Part shown: piece after piece, positions 47,589-57,827 of the stretch
Layout: each line of letters begins with the position of its first letter
How positions within the stretch are numbered: position 1 is the first letter of the stretch
Source: an uncultured Bacilli bacterium
Lineage (GTDB): Bacteria; Bacillota_I; Bacilli_A; RF39; UBA660
NCBI GenBank assembly: GCA_947589735.1
Contig: CANQCR010000007.1
Location: forward strand, 988 to 64,987
Length of the DNA: 64,000 nucleotides
Reading direction: 5' to 3'
The notes under the pieces: model-generated
Told to the model about the DNA's origin: nothing
The model's database searches: none
The model's input: only the letters and a program-made list of their open reading frames with translations
Translations under genes and position numbers: made by a program

Positions 47589-48755
47589 ATGAATATTACC
47601 CTTGATAAAAATGATGAAATTGTGATGAAACTCTTACATTATTTTATAACGGAACAAGGTTATAATCCGATTATTCTGCATGGCGCTAAAGATGAGATTT
47701 GGCTTGAAAACACGGAACAGGATTATAAAATTGTGCGGATTGTCACAAATTATATTCACAATGATGAACAATTTGATTGGGACATTTATCGTACTAAACA
47801 AATTATTCGAACTATTAAACGTAAGACTTTTAGCTTTAATATGAATGCATTAAGTATTTTTGTTAATCTAGGTGATAATGTTCATTTAAAAGAAATTAAT
47901 CACAACAATATTGATTGTATTGAATTAAAAAATATTTCCGATATAACTAAATATGACTTTGTTACGGAAAGCTTCCCAACAATAAATAAAATTGATAAAG
48001 TAACCGAACAAGGGCTTGAGTTATTTATGAAATTGACGGAGGAAATTAATCAAAAAAATCGTGACGATGCGATTAAAGCAGATGAAATATTTAGTAAAAA
48101 AAGACCAATTATTACATATGCTTTAATTATTAGTAACATTATTATGTTTTTAATGGTTGTTTTAGCTGGTGGTAATCCTTTTAACGTCGATGCTAATTTG
48201 TTATATGATTTTGGCGCTTTAGTAAATCATCGTATGATGGAAGGACCATTAAGTTATCTAACTTTAATATCAAGTATGTTTTTGCACGCTAATATCCTTC
48301 ATTTACTTTTAAATCTTTATGCCTTATATATTTTAGGCCCCCAATTAGAGAGTTTCTTTGGTAAGGCTAAGTATTTGTTTATCTATTTAGTGAGTGGTAT
48401 TGTCGGGGGATTAACATCAATGCTATTCTTGCCAGATAATATTGTAACTGTTGGTGCTAGTGGATGTATCTTTGGCCTTATTGGTGCTTTCCTTTATTTC
48501 GGATACCATTATCGTGTTTACTTTGGAGGCATCATTAAATCGCAAATTATTCCTTTGATTATTTTAAATCTTATTTTAGGAATATGTATATCTGGCATTG
48601 ATATTGGTGCGCATATTGGAGGTATTATCGGTGGCTTTTTAGTTGCTAAAGTGGTTGGTGTTAAATATAAGACGACTACTTCAGATCGCGTTAATGGTGG
48701 TGTGATGTTAACCATACTTATTGGTTTTCTTATCTATTTAGGAATGGTTATTTAA
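47589..48755 (+). CDS. Rhomboid-family intramembrane serine protease (GluP/YqgP-like) with an N-terminal cytosolic domain
   Basis: HANILHLLLN (H…H…N) and GASGCIFG (GxSG), with a later H in AHIGG. About 6 TM helices. Confidence 0.85.
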   Translation: MNITLDKNDEIVMKLLHYFITEQGYNPIILHGAKDEIWLENTEQDYKIVRIVTNYIHNDEQFDWDIYRTKQIIRTIKRKTFSFNMNALSIFVNLGDNVHLKEINHNNIDCIELKNISDITKYDFVTESFPTINKIDKVTEQGLELFMKLTEEINQKNRDDAIKADEIFSKKRPIITYALIISNIIMFLMVVLAGGNPFNVDANLLYDFGALVNHRMMEGPLSYLTLISSMFLHANILHLLLNLYALYILGPQLESFFGKAKYLFIYLVSGIVGGLTSMLFLPDNIVTVGASGCIFGLIGAFLYFGYHYRVYFGGIIKSQIIPLIILNLILGICISGIDIGAHIGGIIGGFLVAKVVGVKYKTTTSDRVNGGVMLTILIGFLIYLGMVI

Positions 48756-48760
48756 ATTAA

Positions 48761-48792
48761 AAAATAAGAATTAAGCATATTCTTATTTTTTT
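48761..48792 (+). terminator. Rho-independent terminator
   Basis: AATAAGAAT-taagcat-ATTCTTATT followed by TTTTT. Confidence 0.65.
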
Positions 48793-48892
48793 AGTTGATA
48801 TTAAAAGTGTAAAGTAAGCAAAATTATGAAAGAAAAATCATAAAAAAGGTTTTAAGGTGTGTTACAATGAACTTGAAAATAGGAGTGATAAT

Positions 48893-49954
48893 ATGCCGGG
48901 AGGACAAACACAATATCTTGATCCCATGCAACAACAAAAAGTAGAAGAAGAAAAGAAGAAAAAAAGTAAGGAAAAGACTGAAGAAGAAAAAAAAGCGGAA
49001 ATTGCTAAAGCCTATGGCGTTAATTTAAGTGATATTGAACATGTTAAACTTACTGATAAAAATGGTGCTTCTAATGGTCAAGAATTATTTAAATTCTATA
49101 ATCCTAAAGATCGTAGTCTAAAGATAGTTGAAGTACCAGATAGTACAACGACAGCAGAGCAAGAGTTTAAAGCTGATCAATCTAGCCTTTCTTTTGCGCA
49201 AGGCGCTGATAAAAGAGCTAATGCAGAAGCTATTTACGAATATAATGCTAAACATAAAAATGTAGAACTTGATTTAATTCCTATTGTTGATATTAGTAAG
49301 TATTCACTTAAAAGTAAATATAGGGAATATTTAAGACCAGAATATTCTAAACAACGGGCGTTATTTAAACTTTTAGATACATATTTAAAATCTAAAGAAA
49401 CGGTTGAAGCTTCTTTAAAAATCCGTTATGTTAATTTTAAACACTCTTTCATTGTTGACGAAAATAATAATGTTATTGAAGCTAATCTCGATAACCAAGG
49501 CAAGCTTACGATTCAAAGTGCTAGAGTAATAAGTCATCAAAATCGTAATGAATTATCTAATGATGATGAAGATTTAGCTGATATTAATGATGCTGAATTA
49601 GCTGATATTGCTAATAAAATTGCGGAAGAACTTAGTGCTAATATGGAAATTAGTGAAAACGAAGCTAAACTTGACGAGGCTGGAGCTAGAGTTGATAAGA
49701 CAATTAGCTTCAAAGGTGAAGAATATACGGCTGATGAGATTCGTACTGTTGTAAATGATGCTAGTACTTTAGCAGGGCGTCAGGATCGACATAGTCGAAT
49801 TCTTGCTAGAATCGCAAGAACTATTGCTATGTTAGGACTTACCAATAGAATATTCCCAGATAATGGCTTGACAAATAGTAATACAAACACTAAAGACCAT
49901 CAACTAACTTACAAAAGAAAATATCCCCCAAATAACCCAAATAATTGGCAATAA
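48893..49954 (+). CDS. Hypothetical protein with a K/E-rich N-terminus (353 aa)
   Basis: ATG 48893 follows TGTTACAAT (48862-48870) and AGGAGTGAT. No motif recognised. Confidence 0.6.
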   Translation: MPGGQTQYLDPMQQQKVEEEKKKKSKEKTEEEKKAEIAKAYGVNLSDIEHVKLTDKNGASNGQELFKFYNPKDRSLKIVEVPDSTTTAEQEFKADQSSLSFAQGADKRANAEAIYEYNAKHKNVELDLIPIVDISKYSLKSKYREYLRPEYSKQRALFKLLDTYLKSKETVEASLKIRYVNFKHSFIVDENNNVIEANLDNQGKLTIQSARVISHQNRNELSNDDEDLADINDAELADIANKIAEELSANMEISENEAKLDEAGARVDKTISFKGEEYTADEIRTVVNDASTLAGRQDRHSRILARIARTIAMLGLTNRIFPDNGLTNSNTNTKDHQLTYKRKYPPNNPNNWQ

Positions 49955-49981
49955 GGATGCTACGTAAGCATCCTTTTTTTG
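49954..49981 (+). terminator. Rho-independent terminator
   Basis: AGGATGCT-acgta-AGCATCCT followed by T7. Confidence 0.75.
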
Positions 49982-50099
49982 TTAAATAAATGTCAAAATC
50001 AGGTAATAATTCTTTAAAATACACCTCTATTTGTTGAAAAATATGGATAGTAATTTCTTTTTTACCTAGTTTTTGATATAATTATTAATAGGTGTAGAT

Positions 50100-51122
50100 A
50101 TGAAAAATATATATGGGGTAACGATTAAGGAACTGGAAGACTACTTTACTGCTAAGGGTGAAGGTAAGTTTAAAGCTACCCAAGTATTTGAATGGTTATA
50201 TAAAAAAAGAATCACTTCTTTTTCTAATATGCGCAATGTAAGTAAAAAAACGATGCAAGATTTAGCTAATGATTTTGTTATAGAACCTTTAGAAATAATT
50301 ACAAAAAAAAGTGATGTTGACGTTGTTAAATATCTTTTTCATTTAAGTGATGATAATAAAATTGAAGCAGTTTTAATGAAACATGATTATGGCAATAGTT
50401 TATGTATTTCAACCCAAGTTGGTTGCAATATGGGATGTCACTTTTGTGAAAGTGGTCGTTTAAAAAAGGTTCGTAATCTTGAAGTGTCCGAAATGGTAAG
50501 ACAAATATTAGCTGTTGAAGCTGATTTAAACATTCGTATCTCGCATCTTGTTTTAATGGGCATTGGCGAACCTTTTGACAATTATGATAATGTTATATCA
50601 TTCATTGATATCATTAATACACCTAAAGGACTTGATTTGGGAAGCCGTCACATTACTATATCAACGTGTGGCATTGTCCCAAAGATTGAAACTTTTATGA
50701 AGTATGATAAACAAGTTAACTTAGCCATTTCTCTTCATGCTCCTAATAATGAAATACGTTCAAGCATCATGGAGATTAATAAGGCTTATCCTTTAGAAAA
50801 ACTAATTCCTACTATAAAAAAGTATGTTGAGGTAACTAAAAGACGTGTAACTTTTGAATATATAATGTTAAAAGGAGTTAACGATAGTGTTCAAGATGCT
50901 AATGAATTAAGTGATTTATTAAGGGGCATTAATTGTTACGTCAATTTAATACCTTATAATGAAACAAGTCATATTGAGTATAAAAAGAGCAGTCAAGAAC
51001 AAATTATGAAGTTTTTTGACACATTGAAAAAAAGGGGCATAAACGTTACGATTCGTCGTGAATTTGGCAGCAAAGTTAATGCTGCTTGTGGACAATTAAG
51101 ATCAAATTACGAGGAGGCTTAA
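50100..51122 (+). CDS. rlmN: 23S rRNA/tRNA (adenine-C2)-methyltransferase RlmN (radical SAM)
   Basis: CNMGCHFCESG (CX3CX2C), MGIGEP, and the C-terminal catalytic Cys context AACGQL. Confidence 0.93.
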   Translation: MKNIYGVTIKELEDYFTAKGEGKFKATQVFEWLYKKRITSFSNMRNVSKKTMQDLANDFVIEPLEIITKKSDVDVVKYLFHLSDDNKIEAVLMKHDYGNSLCISTQVGCNMGCHFCESGRLKKVRNLEVSEMVRQILAVEADLNIRISHLVLMGIGEPFDNYDNVISFIDIINTPKGLDLGSRHITISTCGIVPKIETFMKYDKQVNLAISLHAPNNEIRSSIMEINKAYPLEKLIPTIKKYVEVTKRRVTFEYIMLKGVNDSVQDANELSDLLRGINCYVNLIPYNETSHIEYKKSSQEQIMKFFDTLKKRGINVTIRREFGSKVNAACGQLRSNYEEA

Positions 51123-51123
51123 G

Positions 51124-51861
51124 ATGAAATATAGCTATTTAACAGATCCAGGAAAGATAAGAGAACGTAATGAAGATTGCGTAACTATTGTAGAAAACGC
51201 AGCTAAGGAAGTACTTATGGTTGTTGCTGATGGCATGGGTGGTCATAAAGATGGTGAGATTGCTTCTAACATAGCCATTAATCATATCAGTCAAAGATTT
51301 CAAGAAATTAGTAGTGTTGGCAATAAGGAAGACGCCATTAATTGGATGCAAAGCATTATTAGTGAAGCTAATGCCTTAATCTTTAAATATGTTGGTGAAC
51401 ATCCTGAAAGTATGGGAATGGGAACAACCTTAGTTATGGCTATTTTAACAGACACATTTTTACTATTTGGTAACATTGGTGACTCTTCTGGTTATGTTAT
51501 AAAAAATAATAAATTACATAAGATAACAGTTGATCATACATTAGTTAATTTATTAGTTAAAAGTGGGGATTTAACAGCTGAAGAAGCTAAGGATCATCCT
51601 CGTAAAAATGTACTTATGAAAGCATTGGGTGCTAATACTAATGTGGAAGCTGATATTTTTAATGTTGAACTTAATGTTCAAGGTATTATGCTTTGTAGTG
51701 ATGGCTTAACTAATATGTTAACAGAAGAACAAATAAGCCGTGTCTTAAATGGTGAAGGTACTTTAGATGATAAACTTAAAAAATTAGTTTTTAAAGCTAA
51801 TAATCGTGGGGGAAATGATAATATATCGGTTGCGTTATTATATAAGGAGGAAAGTAAATGA
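51124..51861 (+). CDS. prpC: PP2C-family Ser/Thr protein phosphatase (PrpC/Stp)
   Basis: NEDC…VADGMGGH…, LCSDGL, GGNDNISV. Confidence 0.92.
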   Translation: MKYSYLTDPGKIRERNEDCVTIVENAAKEVLMVVADGMGGHKDGEIASNIAINHISQRFQEISSVGNKEDAINWMQSIISEANALIFKYVGEHPESMGMGTTLVMAILTDTFLLFGNIGDSSGYVIKNNKLHKITVDHTLVNLLVKSGDLTAEEAKDHPRKNVLMKALGANTNVEADIFNVELNVQGIMLCSDGLTNMLTEEQISRVLNGEGTLDDKLKKLVFKANNRGGNDNISVALLYKEESK

Positions 51862-53648
51862 TTGTTAAAGGTCAAAAAATAGATGGTCGTTATCAAATCA
51901 TTCGAACGATTGGTGAAGGTGGTATGGCCAATGTCTATCTTGCTTATGATACCATTCTAGAACGCGAAGTAGCCGTTAAAATTTTAAGAGGCGACTTAGC
52001 TAGCGATGAGAAGTTTGTTAAAAGATTTCAACGCGAAGCTAAAGCAGCTAGTTCTTTGAATCATCCTAACATTGTTGAGATGTATGATGTTGGTGAAGAT
52101 GATGGCAACTACTTTATCGTTATGGAATATGTTAATGGAAAGACTCTAAAAAGTTTAATTAAAAAAAGAGGCGCTCTATCATTATCGGAAACAATTGATA
52201 TTATGCTTCAATTAACAAGTGGCATTGCCTGTGCTCATGAACGTTTTATCATTCACCGTGATATTAAACCTCAAAATGTTTTAATCTTAGAAGATGGCCG
52301 CGTTAAAATAACTGATTTTGGTATTGCGGTAGCGTTAAATAGTACGGAGTTAACGCAAACTAATTCCGTTATGGGATCAGTTCATTATCTTCCACCAGAA
52401 CAAGCTAATGGCAATGTGGCAACAGTCAAAAGTGATATTTATTCATTAGGTATTCTAATGTATGAATTATTAACCGGTAAGTTACCATTTAAAGGTGACA
52501 ATGCTGTTGAAATAGCTATTAAGCAGATGAAAGACCCGCTACCTAGTATTGTGGCTGAAAATGCTAGTATTCCCCAGAGTGTTGAAAACGTTGTGTTAAG
52601 AGCCTGTGCTAAAAACCCTAAGAATCGATATGATTCTGTTAGTGAAATGCATGAAGACTTAAAAACAGTTCTATCAGAATCTCGCCGTGATGAAGAAAAA
52701 TTAATTTATAAATATCCTGATACAGAAGTAGAAGCTGCTAAGTTAAAAGAACGTCTTAAGGAAGAAAAAGAGGAAGAACAAGACGTTCAAGATAAAGAAA
52801 TAGAAAAAGATGAAGAACGTGATGATAAGGAAGGAAAAGTTGGCGTGAAGAAGTTTAAAATTATAGTTACGCTTGTTGGTGTAATTGCAACAATTGTCGT
52901 TATTGGTTTATTAGTTGCTTTCTTTGGTTTACTAAAGTCTAGTGAGACAAAGACGGTTATTTTACCTGATGTTGCCGGTAAAAGTGAAGAATATGCTCAA
53001 GAAGCTTTAAATGAGATAGGCGTTTATTATCAAAAAGAAGATACGGCAAGTGAATCTATTGAAGAAGGATTAGTTGTTGGATATAAATCACGTAAGGAAG
53101 GCTCAAAAGTAAAATCAGGTACGACGGTAACCCTTTTGATATCAAGTGGAGCTTCTGGTGTTAAGCTAGATAATTATGTTGGCCGAAATGTTAATGCTGT
53201 TCAAATTGAACTAGAGACATTAGGACTAAAAGTTGTTAAGACAGCTAAAAAAGTATCCACAGAAGAAGACGATTATAAAGATGCTTTCGAAGGTATGATT
53301 TTAAGTCAAAGTAAAGCTGAAGGTGAAAGACTTGATGAAGGTGGCGTTTTAGAGCTTACTTATGCTACTTTAATTACGGTATATCCAGATTTCACTGATG
53401 GTACTTATGATAGAGATAAAATCCAAACTTTCTGTGATGATAATGGTATAAAATGTACTTTTGAAGAAACTTATAAACCAGAAAAGAAAAATGGTACGAT
53501 TTTATCACAGAGTAGAGCTGTCGGTGTTGAAGTTAAGCCAGGTGTTACTTTAAAAATAGAAATCGCTACAAATAAAAATCCAAATGCGACGGAAGAGCCA
53601 GCGACAGATACATCTAACGATGCGTCTAATCAAGCTCCAACCGAATAG
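51858..53648 (+). CDS. prkC: Ser/Thr protein kinase PrkC/PknB with extracellular PASTA repeats
   Basis: GEGGMANVY, AVK, HRDIKPQN, DFG, a central TM helix, and three PASTA-like repeats at the C-terminus. Confidence 0.93.
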   Translation: MIVKGQKIDGRYQIIRTIGEGGMANVYLAYDTILEREVAVKILRGDLASDEKFVKRFQREAKAASSLNHPNIVEMYDVGEDDGNYFIVMEYVNGKTLKSLIKKRGALSLSETIDIMLQLTSGIACAHERFIIHRDIKPQNVLILEDGRVKITDFGIAVALNSTELTQTNSVMGSVHYLPPEQANGNVATVKSDIYSLGILMYELLTGKLPFKGDNAVEIAIKQMKDPLPSIVAENASIPQSVENVVLRACAKNPKNRYDSVSEMHEDLKTVLSESRRDEEKLIYKYPDTEVEAAKLKERLKEEKEEEQDVQDKEIEKDEERDDKEGKVGVKKFKIIVTLVGVIATIVVIGLLVAFFGLLKSSETKTVILPDVAGKSEEYAQEALNEIGVYYQKEDTASESIEEGLVVGYKSRKEGSKVKSGTTVTLLISSGASGVKLDNYVGRNVNAVQIELETLGLKVVKTAKKVSTEEDDYKDAFEGMILSQSKAEGERLDEGGVLELTYATLITVYPDFTDGTYDRDKIQTFCDDNGIKCTFEETYKPEKKNGTILSQSRAVGVEVKPGVTLKIEIATNKNPNATEEPATDTSNDASNQAPTE

Positions 53649-53650
53649 TT

Positions 53651-54499
53651 ATGCAAGGAACAATAGTTAAACAAATCAGTAATGATTATACTGTTAAACT
53701 TGATGATAATACATTAGTTGTTTGCAAAGCTCGTGGTAAGTTTCGTAATCTTCATCTCATCCCTTTAGTAGGTGATAAAGTCATTATCGATTACCAAAAT
53801 AAATATATTATGGAAATATTACCCCGCACAAATGAACTAATTAGACCTAGTATTGCTAATGTTGATCAAGCTGTTATTATTACAAGTGTTCATATTCCTA
53901 ACTTTTCATCAAATCTTTTAGATAAACTTTTAACCATTATTGAATATAACAATATTAAGCCAATTATTTGTTTTACTAAATTAGATTTAATTGATGATGA
54001 ATATCGTAAGGAAATAGATATTTATATCAATTATTACAGGCGTATTGGTTATGATGTTTATCTAAATACGGATGAAAAAATAAAAGATATTTTTAAGGAT
54101 AAAGTCACGGTTTTTGCCGGTCAAAGTGGAGCCGGTAAAAGTACTTTACTAAATCATTTGGATGAGACACTAAATATTGCGACAGCTGATGTATCCGCTA
54201 AGTTAGGTAGAGGCCGTCATACAACGCGTCATGTCGAATTATTACCGGTATTAGGAGGATTAATTGCAGATACACCAGGTTTTTCCTCACTCGATTTTAT
54301 CGGTATGAAAAATAGTGATATTAGAGATAGTTTTATAGAGTTTAATCAATATCGTGATAAGTGTGAATACCAAGATTGTATGCATAAAAGTGAAGCTGAT
54401 TGTGAAATTAAAAGACAAGTAGAAAGTGGCAATATTCTTTCCTCACGTTATGAAAATTACTTAAAATTTATTGATCGCAAAGAAAATGTAGATTATTAA
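53651..54499 (+). CDS. rsgA: Ribosome small subunit-dependent GTPase A (RsgA/YloQ)
   Basis: OB-fold N-terminus, circularly permuted GTPase (TKLDL, GQSGAGKST), and a C-terminal zinc finger C..C.H….C. Confidence 0.93.
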   Translation: MQGTIVKQISNDYTVKLDDNTLVVCKARGKFRNLHLIPLVGDKVIIDYQNKYIMEILPRTNELIRPSIANVDQAVIITSVHIPNFSSNLLDKLLTIIEYNNIKPIICFTKLDLIDDEYRKEIDIYINYYRRIGYDVYLNTDEKIKDIFKDKVTVFAGQSGAGKSTLLNHLDETLNIATADVSAKLGRGRHTTRHVELLPVLGGLIADTPGFSSLDFIGMKNSDIRDSFIEFNQYRDKCEYQDCMHKSEADCEIKRQVESGNILSSRYENYLKFIDRKENVDY

Positions 54500-54507
54500 T
54501 CTACATT
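54485..54507. repeat. Left copy of the 23-bp duplicated target hairpin (AATGTAGATTATTAATCTACATT)
   Basis: Identical to 54698-54720. The stem-loop AATGTAGAT-tatta-ATCTACATT encodes the last codons and stop of rsgA (…NVDY*). Confidence 0.9.
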
Positions 54508-54697
54508 CTGGCCGTTGACAAAGTCGGTTTTTCAAACCGGCTTTGTCAATCGGCTTTTTTGGTTCCCCACTTTAGTATTAAAAAAAGAGTTAATTTGGGT
54601 TTTTAATATCAAATAACACTCATTTTTAAACTTTTGTCTCCACTTTTAAATTTTAAATTTTTGTTTTTTTCCAAGAATGTAGTTTGTCAACAGTCTG
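54508..54697. mobile_element. 190-bp non-coding MITE-like element, copy 2
   Basis: Identical base for base to 7629-7818 and in the same orientation. It lies between rsgA and rpe and is flanked by a 23-bp direct duplication. Confidence 0.85.
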
Positions 54698-54720
54698 AAT
54701 GTAGATTATTAATCTACATT
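54698..54720. repeat. Right copy of the 23-bp duplicated target hairpin
   Basis: Identical to 54485-54507 and followed by TTTT. Confidence 0.9.
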
Positions 54721-54770
54721 TTTGTTTGCTTTTAAAAGTAATGTTTTGTATACTTATTATAGGTGATGTT

Positions 54771-55382
54771 ATGATATCTGTAACTCTATTAAGCATAAAA
54801 GATGATATAGAGAAAATAAAAGAATTGGATAACCAAAATGTCGACTACTTACATATTGATGTTATGGATGGAAAGTTTGTCAACAATAAAGTAGACCTTC
54901 TTTCTTTACCACCTTTAAAAAATAAGGTTGAAGTTCATTTAATGGTTAATAATGTTAAAGAGTATGTTGATATGTATAAAAAATATCAACCAGAATGGAT
55001 TACATTTCATATCGAAGCTACTGATGATGTTATTGGTAATATTAACTACACTAAAGAACAAAATATGAAAGTTGGTTTAGCTATCAGTCCGGATACACCT
55101 ATTCAAAAACTTTTACCATACTTAGATAAAGTTGATGTTGTATTAGTAATGTCGGTCGTACCAGGTAAGGGTGGTCAAGCATTTATTGAAACTAGTCCAA
55201 ATAAGATTCAAGAGCTTGTGCGTCTTCGTGAGGAATATGGCTATAACTATTTAATTGAGGTTGATGGTGGTATTAACGATAAGACTAAAGATAAGTGCGT
55301 AGGAGCCGATATTTTAGCCGTTGGAAGTTATGTGACACTAAGTGATAATTATGCTGAAACAATCGGTAAGATATTGGGATAA
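54771..55382 (+). CDS. rpe: Ribulose-phosphate 3-epimerase
   Basis: LHIDVMDG, MSVVPGKGGQ, VDGGIN. ATG 54771 follows AGGTGAT. The ORF-track TTG 54726 is an extension. Confidence 0.9.
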   Translation: MISVTLLSIKDDIEKIKELDNQNVDYLHIDVMDGKFVNNKVDLLSLPPLKNKVEVHLMVNNVKEYVDMYKKYQPEWITFHIEATDDVIGNINYTKEQNMKVGLAISPDTPIQKLLPYLDKVDVVLVMSVVPGKGGQAFIETSPNKIQELVRLREEYGYNYLIEVDGGINDKTKDKCVGADILAVGSYVTLSDNYAETIGKILG

Positions 55383-55445
55383 ATGTCTTAATTTCCTTGC
55401 TTAAAAAAGATTTTTATTATATACTATATATCGTGGTGATGAATT

Positions 55446-56705
55446 ATGGAAAAAAAGAACGAAAAAGAAATTTTAATTAAAATTGAAGGTGAAGAATGGG
55501 AAAAACTATTAGATGATGCCTTCAAAAAAGCTAATCGTAAAGCTAAAATAGCTGGTTTCCGTCCTGGTAAAGCTCCAAAGAATGTCTATATTAAACATTA
55601 TGGCAAAGAAAGTCTTTATTATGAAGCATCAAATAAAGCTATTGAAGTAGCTTATGATCGCTTATTAGAAGAAAACGAAAACTTAGAAGTTGTTGCTGAA
55701 CCAGACGTTAGTATTAATAGTTTAGATGAAAATGGTATTGAATATAAATTTGTTTTAACGTTAAAACCAGATGTTAAACTAGGTAAATATAAAGATTTAA
55801 AGGCTAAAAAAGAAAAAGTTACGGTAACCAAAGAAGAGATTGAAGATTCTATCAATCATATGCGTGAACATTATAAAGAAAATGTTACTAAGGAAGCACC
55901 TATTGAAAATGGTGATATCGCTGTTATTGATTTTGAAGGATTTAAAGATGGTGTTGCTTTTAAAGGTGGTAAAGGCGAAAACTATTCATTAGAAATCGGT
56001 AGTAATACCTTCATTCCTGGCTTTGAAGAACAATTAATTGGCCTTAAAGCTGGCGATGAAAAAGATATCAATCTTACTTTCCCAGAAGATTACCATGCTG
56101 AAGAGTTAAAAGGACAAGCTGTTACTTTCAAAGTTAAAGTTAATGAAGTAAAGCAAGTTGTTATTCCTGAATTAGATAAAGATTTCTTCGATGATTTAGG
56201 TATGGAAGGAATTGATTCAAAAGAATCATTAGAAAAACAAGTTAAGGAAAACATTAAAGCTCAAAAAGAAAAAGAAGCTGAAGACAAATGGACTGATGCC
56301 TTGTTAGATGAGGTATCTAAGACAACTAAAATAGATATTCCTGACGCTATGGTAAAAGCTGAATTAGATCGAATGATCAAAGAATATGGTCAAAATCTTC
56401 AAATGCAAGGTATCAGCCTAGAACAATTCTATCAATTTACGGGTATGAGCGAAGATAAATTAAGAGAAGAATATAAAGAACAAGCTACAAAGAGAATTAC
56501 ATACCGCTTAATTTTAGATGAAATTATTAAGAAAGAAAAAATTGAAGCTGACGAAAAAGAAGTTGATAAAGAATTAGAAGATTTAGCTCAAAAATATAAT
56601 ATGAGCAAAGAAGAGTTCACTAATAATTTTGGTAGCGAAATGATTCGTTATGAATTAAAAGTTCGCAAAGTATTTGATATTTTAAAAGGTGAAAATAAAA
56701 AGTAA
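55446..56705 (+). CDS. tig: Trigger factor
   Basis: GFRPGKAP ribosome-binding loop, FKBP-type PPIase domain (DFEGF.DG..F), and a helical C-terminal domain. Confidence 0.95.
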   Translation: MEKKNEKEILIKIEGEEWEKLLDDAFKKANRKAKIAGFRPGKAPKNVYIKHYGKESLYYEASNKAIEVAYDRLLEENENLEVVAEPDVSINSLDENGIEYKFVLTLKPDVKLGKYKDLKAKKEKVTVTKEEIEDSINHMREHYKENVTKEAPIENGDIAVIDFEGFKDGVAFKGGKGENYSLEIGSNTFIPGFEEQLIGLKAGDEKDINLTFPEDYHAEELKGQAVTFKVKVNEVKQVVIPELDKDFFDDLGMEGIDSKESLEKQVKENIKAQKEKEAEDKWTDALLDEVSKTTKIDIPDAMVKAELDRMIKEYGQNLQMQGISLEQFYQFTGMSEDKLREEYKEQATKRITYRLILDEIIKKEKIEADEKEVDKELEDLAQKYNMSKEEFTNNFGSEMIRYELKVRKVFDILKGENKK

Positions 56706-56731
56706 AAGATTGTTCAAAACAATCTTTCTCT
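56706..56731 (+). terminator. Terminator after tig
   Basis: AAAGATTGTT-caaa-ACAATCTTT followed by a T-rich tract. Confidence 0.6.
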
Positions 56732-56825
56732 TTTTCTAGTAATAGTGTATCATATTATATATGAGTCCTCCTTGCTGGGTGGGACTCTTTTTATTGCATT
56801 AAAAAACCACACAACTAGTGCGGTT

Positions 56826-57776
56826 TTAATTAGCTTCTAAATAGAACTTTTTATTATAATTATGTTTTTCGCTATCTAGTTTAAATAGCGTTGGTGTATC
56901 AATTAAGAAATATTCATCGATAAGAATTTGCGCACCAGTATTTGTAACTGGATCATCCCAAGTAGCGTCCAAATGCAACCACTGCTTATTTGTATAGGCA
57001 AGATTCCAAACGTGCTTATCAGCAGATATTCGAATATTTGGAACCCCCAACTTGGTCATATAAATAGACATAATATCACTGTATCCGCCACATAAAGCAA
57101 GATGATTTTTGAGTAACCCTACAGCTGTATGACTTTCACTTACTTCATAATCATAGTTATCCATATTAGCGGCTGTTTCTTTATCATACATCGTATTATT
57201 GATAATATAGTCATGGAAGGCTTTGATTTTATCCGTCGTTGATAAATCATCTTTGATAGCGGTCTTTTCAATTTCAGATATTTTATCATTAACATATTCT
57301 ATTTCATCAGCATCATACTGCTTCTCAACTTTGATAATAATTTTACCATAATTGTTGATAGCAGCCGTTAGACGATGATACGAATTGTATGGATGAACTA
57401 AATTATTGATATCATCTAAAACATCATATGTGTCATTTTTATCACTGCTAGGAATAAGCGCATCAATATCATTTAGACAGCTCTTATATTTACGATCACA
57501 GAAGAAATAAAACTCATCCTCACCACTATCTAGAATGGTATAAATGATATTTAATAGTTGTTGATAATCTTTAGCAACAAAATCATCGGTAATTTGAACA
57601 TACTCATAATTAGTATTTAAAGAATATGCATTTTTAGTAATTTCAATCGTTGCATCTTCATTATAAATAAACTTTTCAACAATAAAAGTTGAGATTTCCT
57701 TATTATAGATGACAATTAGGATAATTAAAGCAAAAAAGATAACGTTAGCTAATATTTTAAGGATTTTATGCTTCAT
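56826..57776 (-). CDS. Membrane-anchored transglutaminase-like (Cys protease fold) protein
   Basis: N-terminal TM. LCGGYSDIM (catalytic Cys), a later HVWN (His), and WLHLDATWD (Asp) match the transglutaminase-core triad order. Confidence 0.75.
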   Translation of the reverse strand: MKHKILKILANVIFFALIILIVIYNKEISTFIVEKFIYNEDATIEITKNAYSLNTNYEYVQITDDFVAKDYQQLLNIIYTILDSGEDEFYFFCDRKYKSCLNDIDALIPSSDKNDTYDVLDDINNLVHPYNSYHRLTAAINNYGKIIIKVEKQYDADEIEYVNDKISEIEKTAIKDDLSTTDKIKAFHDYIINNTMYDKETAANMDNYDYEVSESHTAVGLLKNHLALCGGYSDIMSIYMTKLGVPNIRISADKHVWNLAYTNKQWLHLDATWDDPVTNTGAQILIDEYFLIDTPTLFKLDSEKHNYNKKFYLEAN

Positions 57777-57827
57777 AAATTATCACCATTTTAATTGTAT
57801 CATATTGGGACAAAAAAAAGGAGTATT

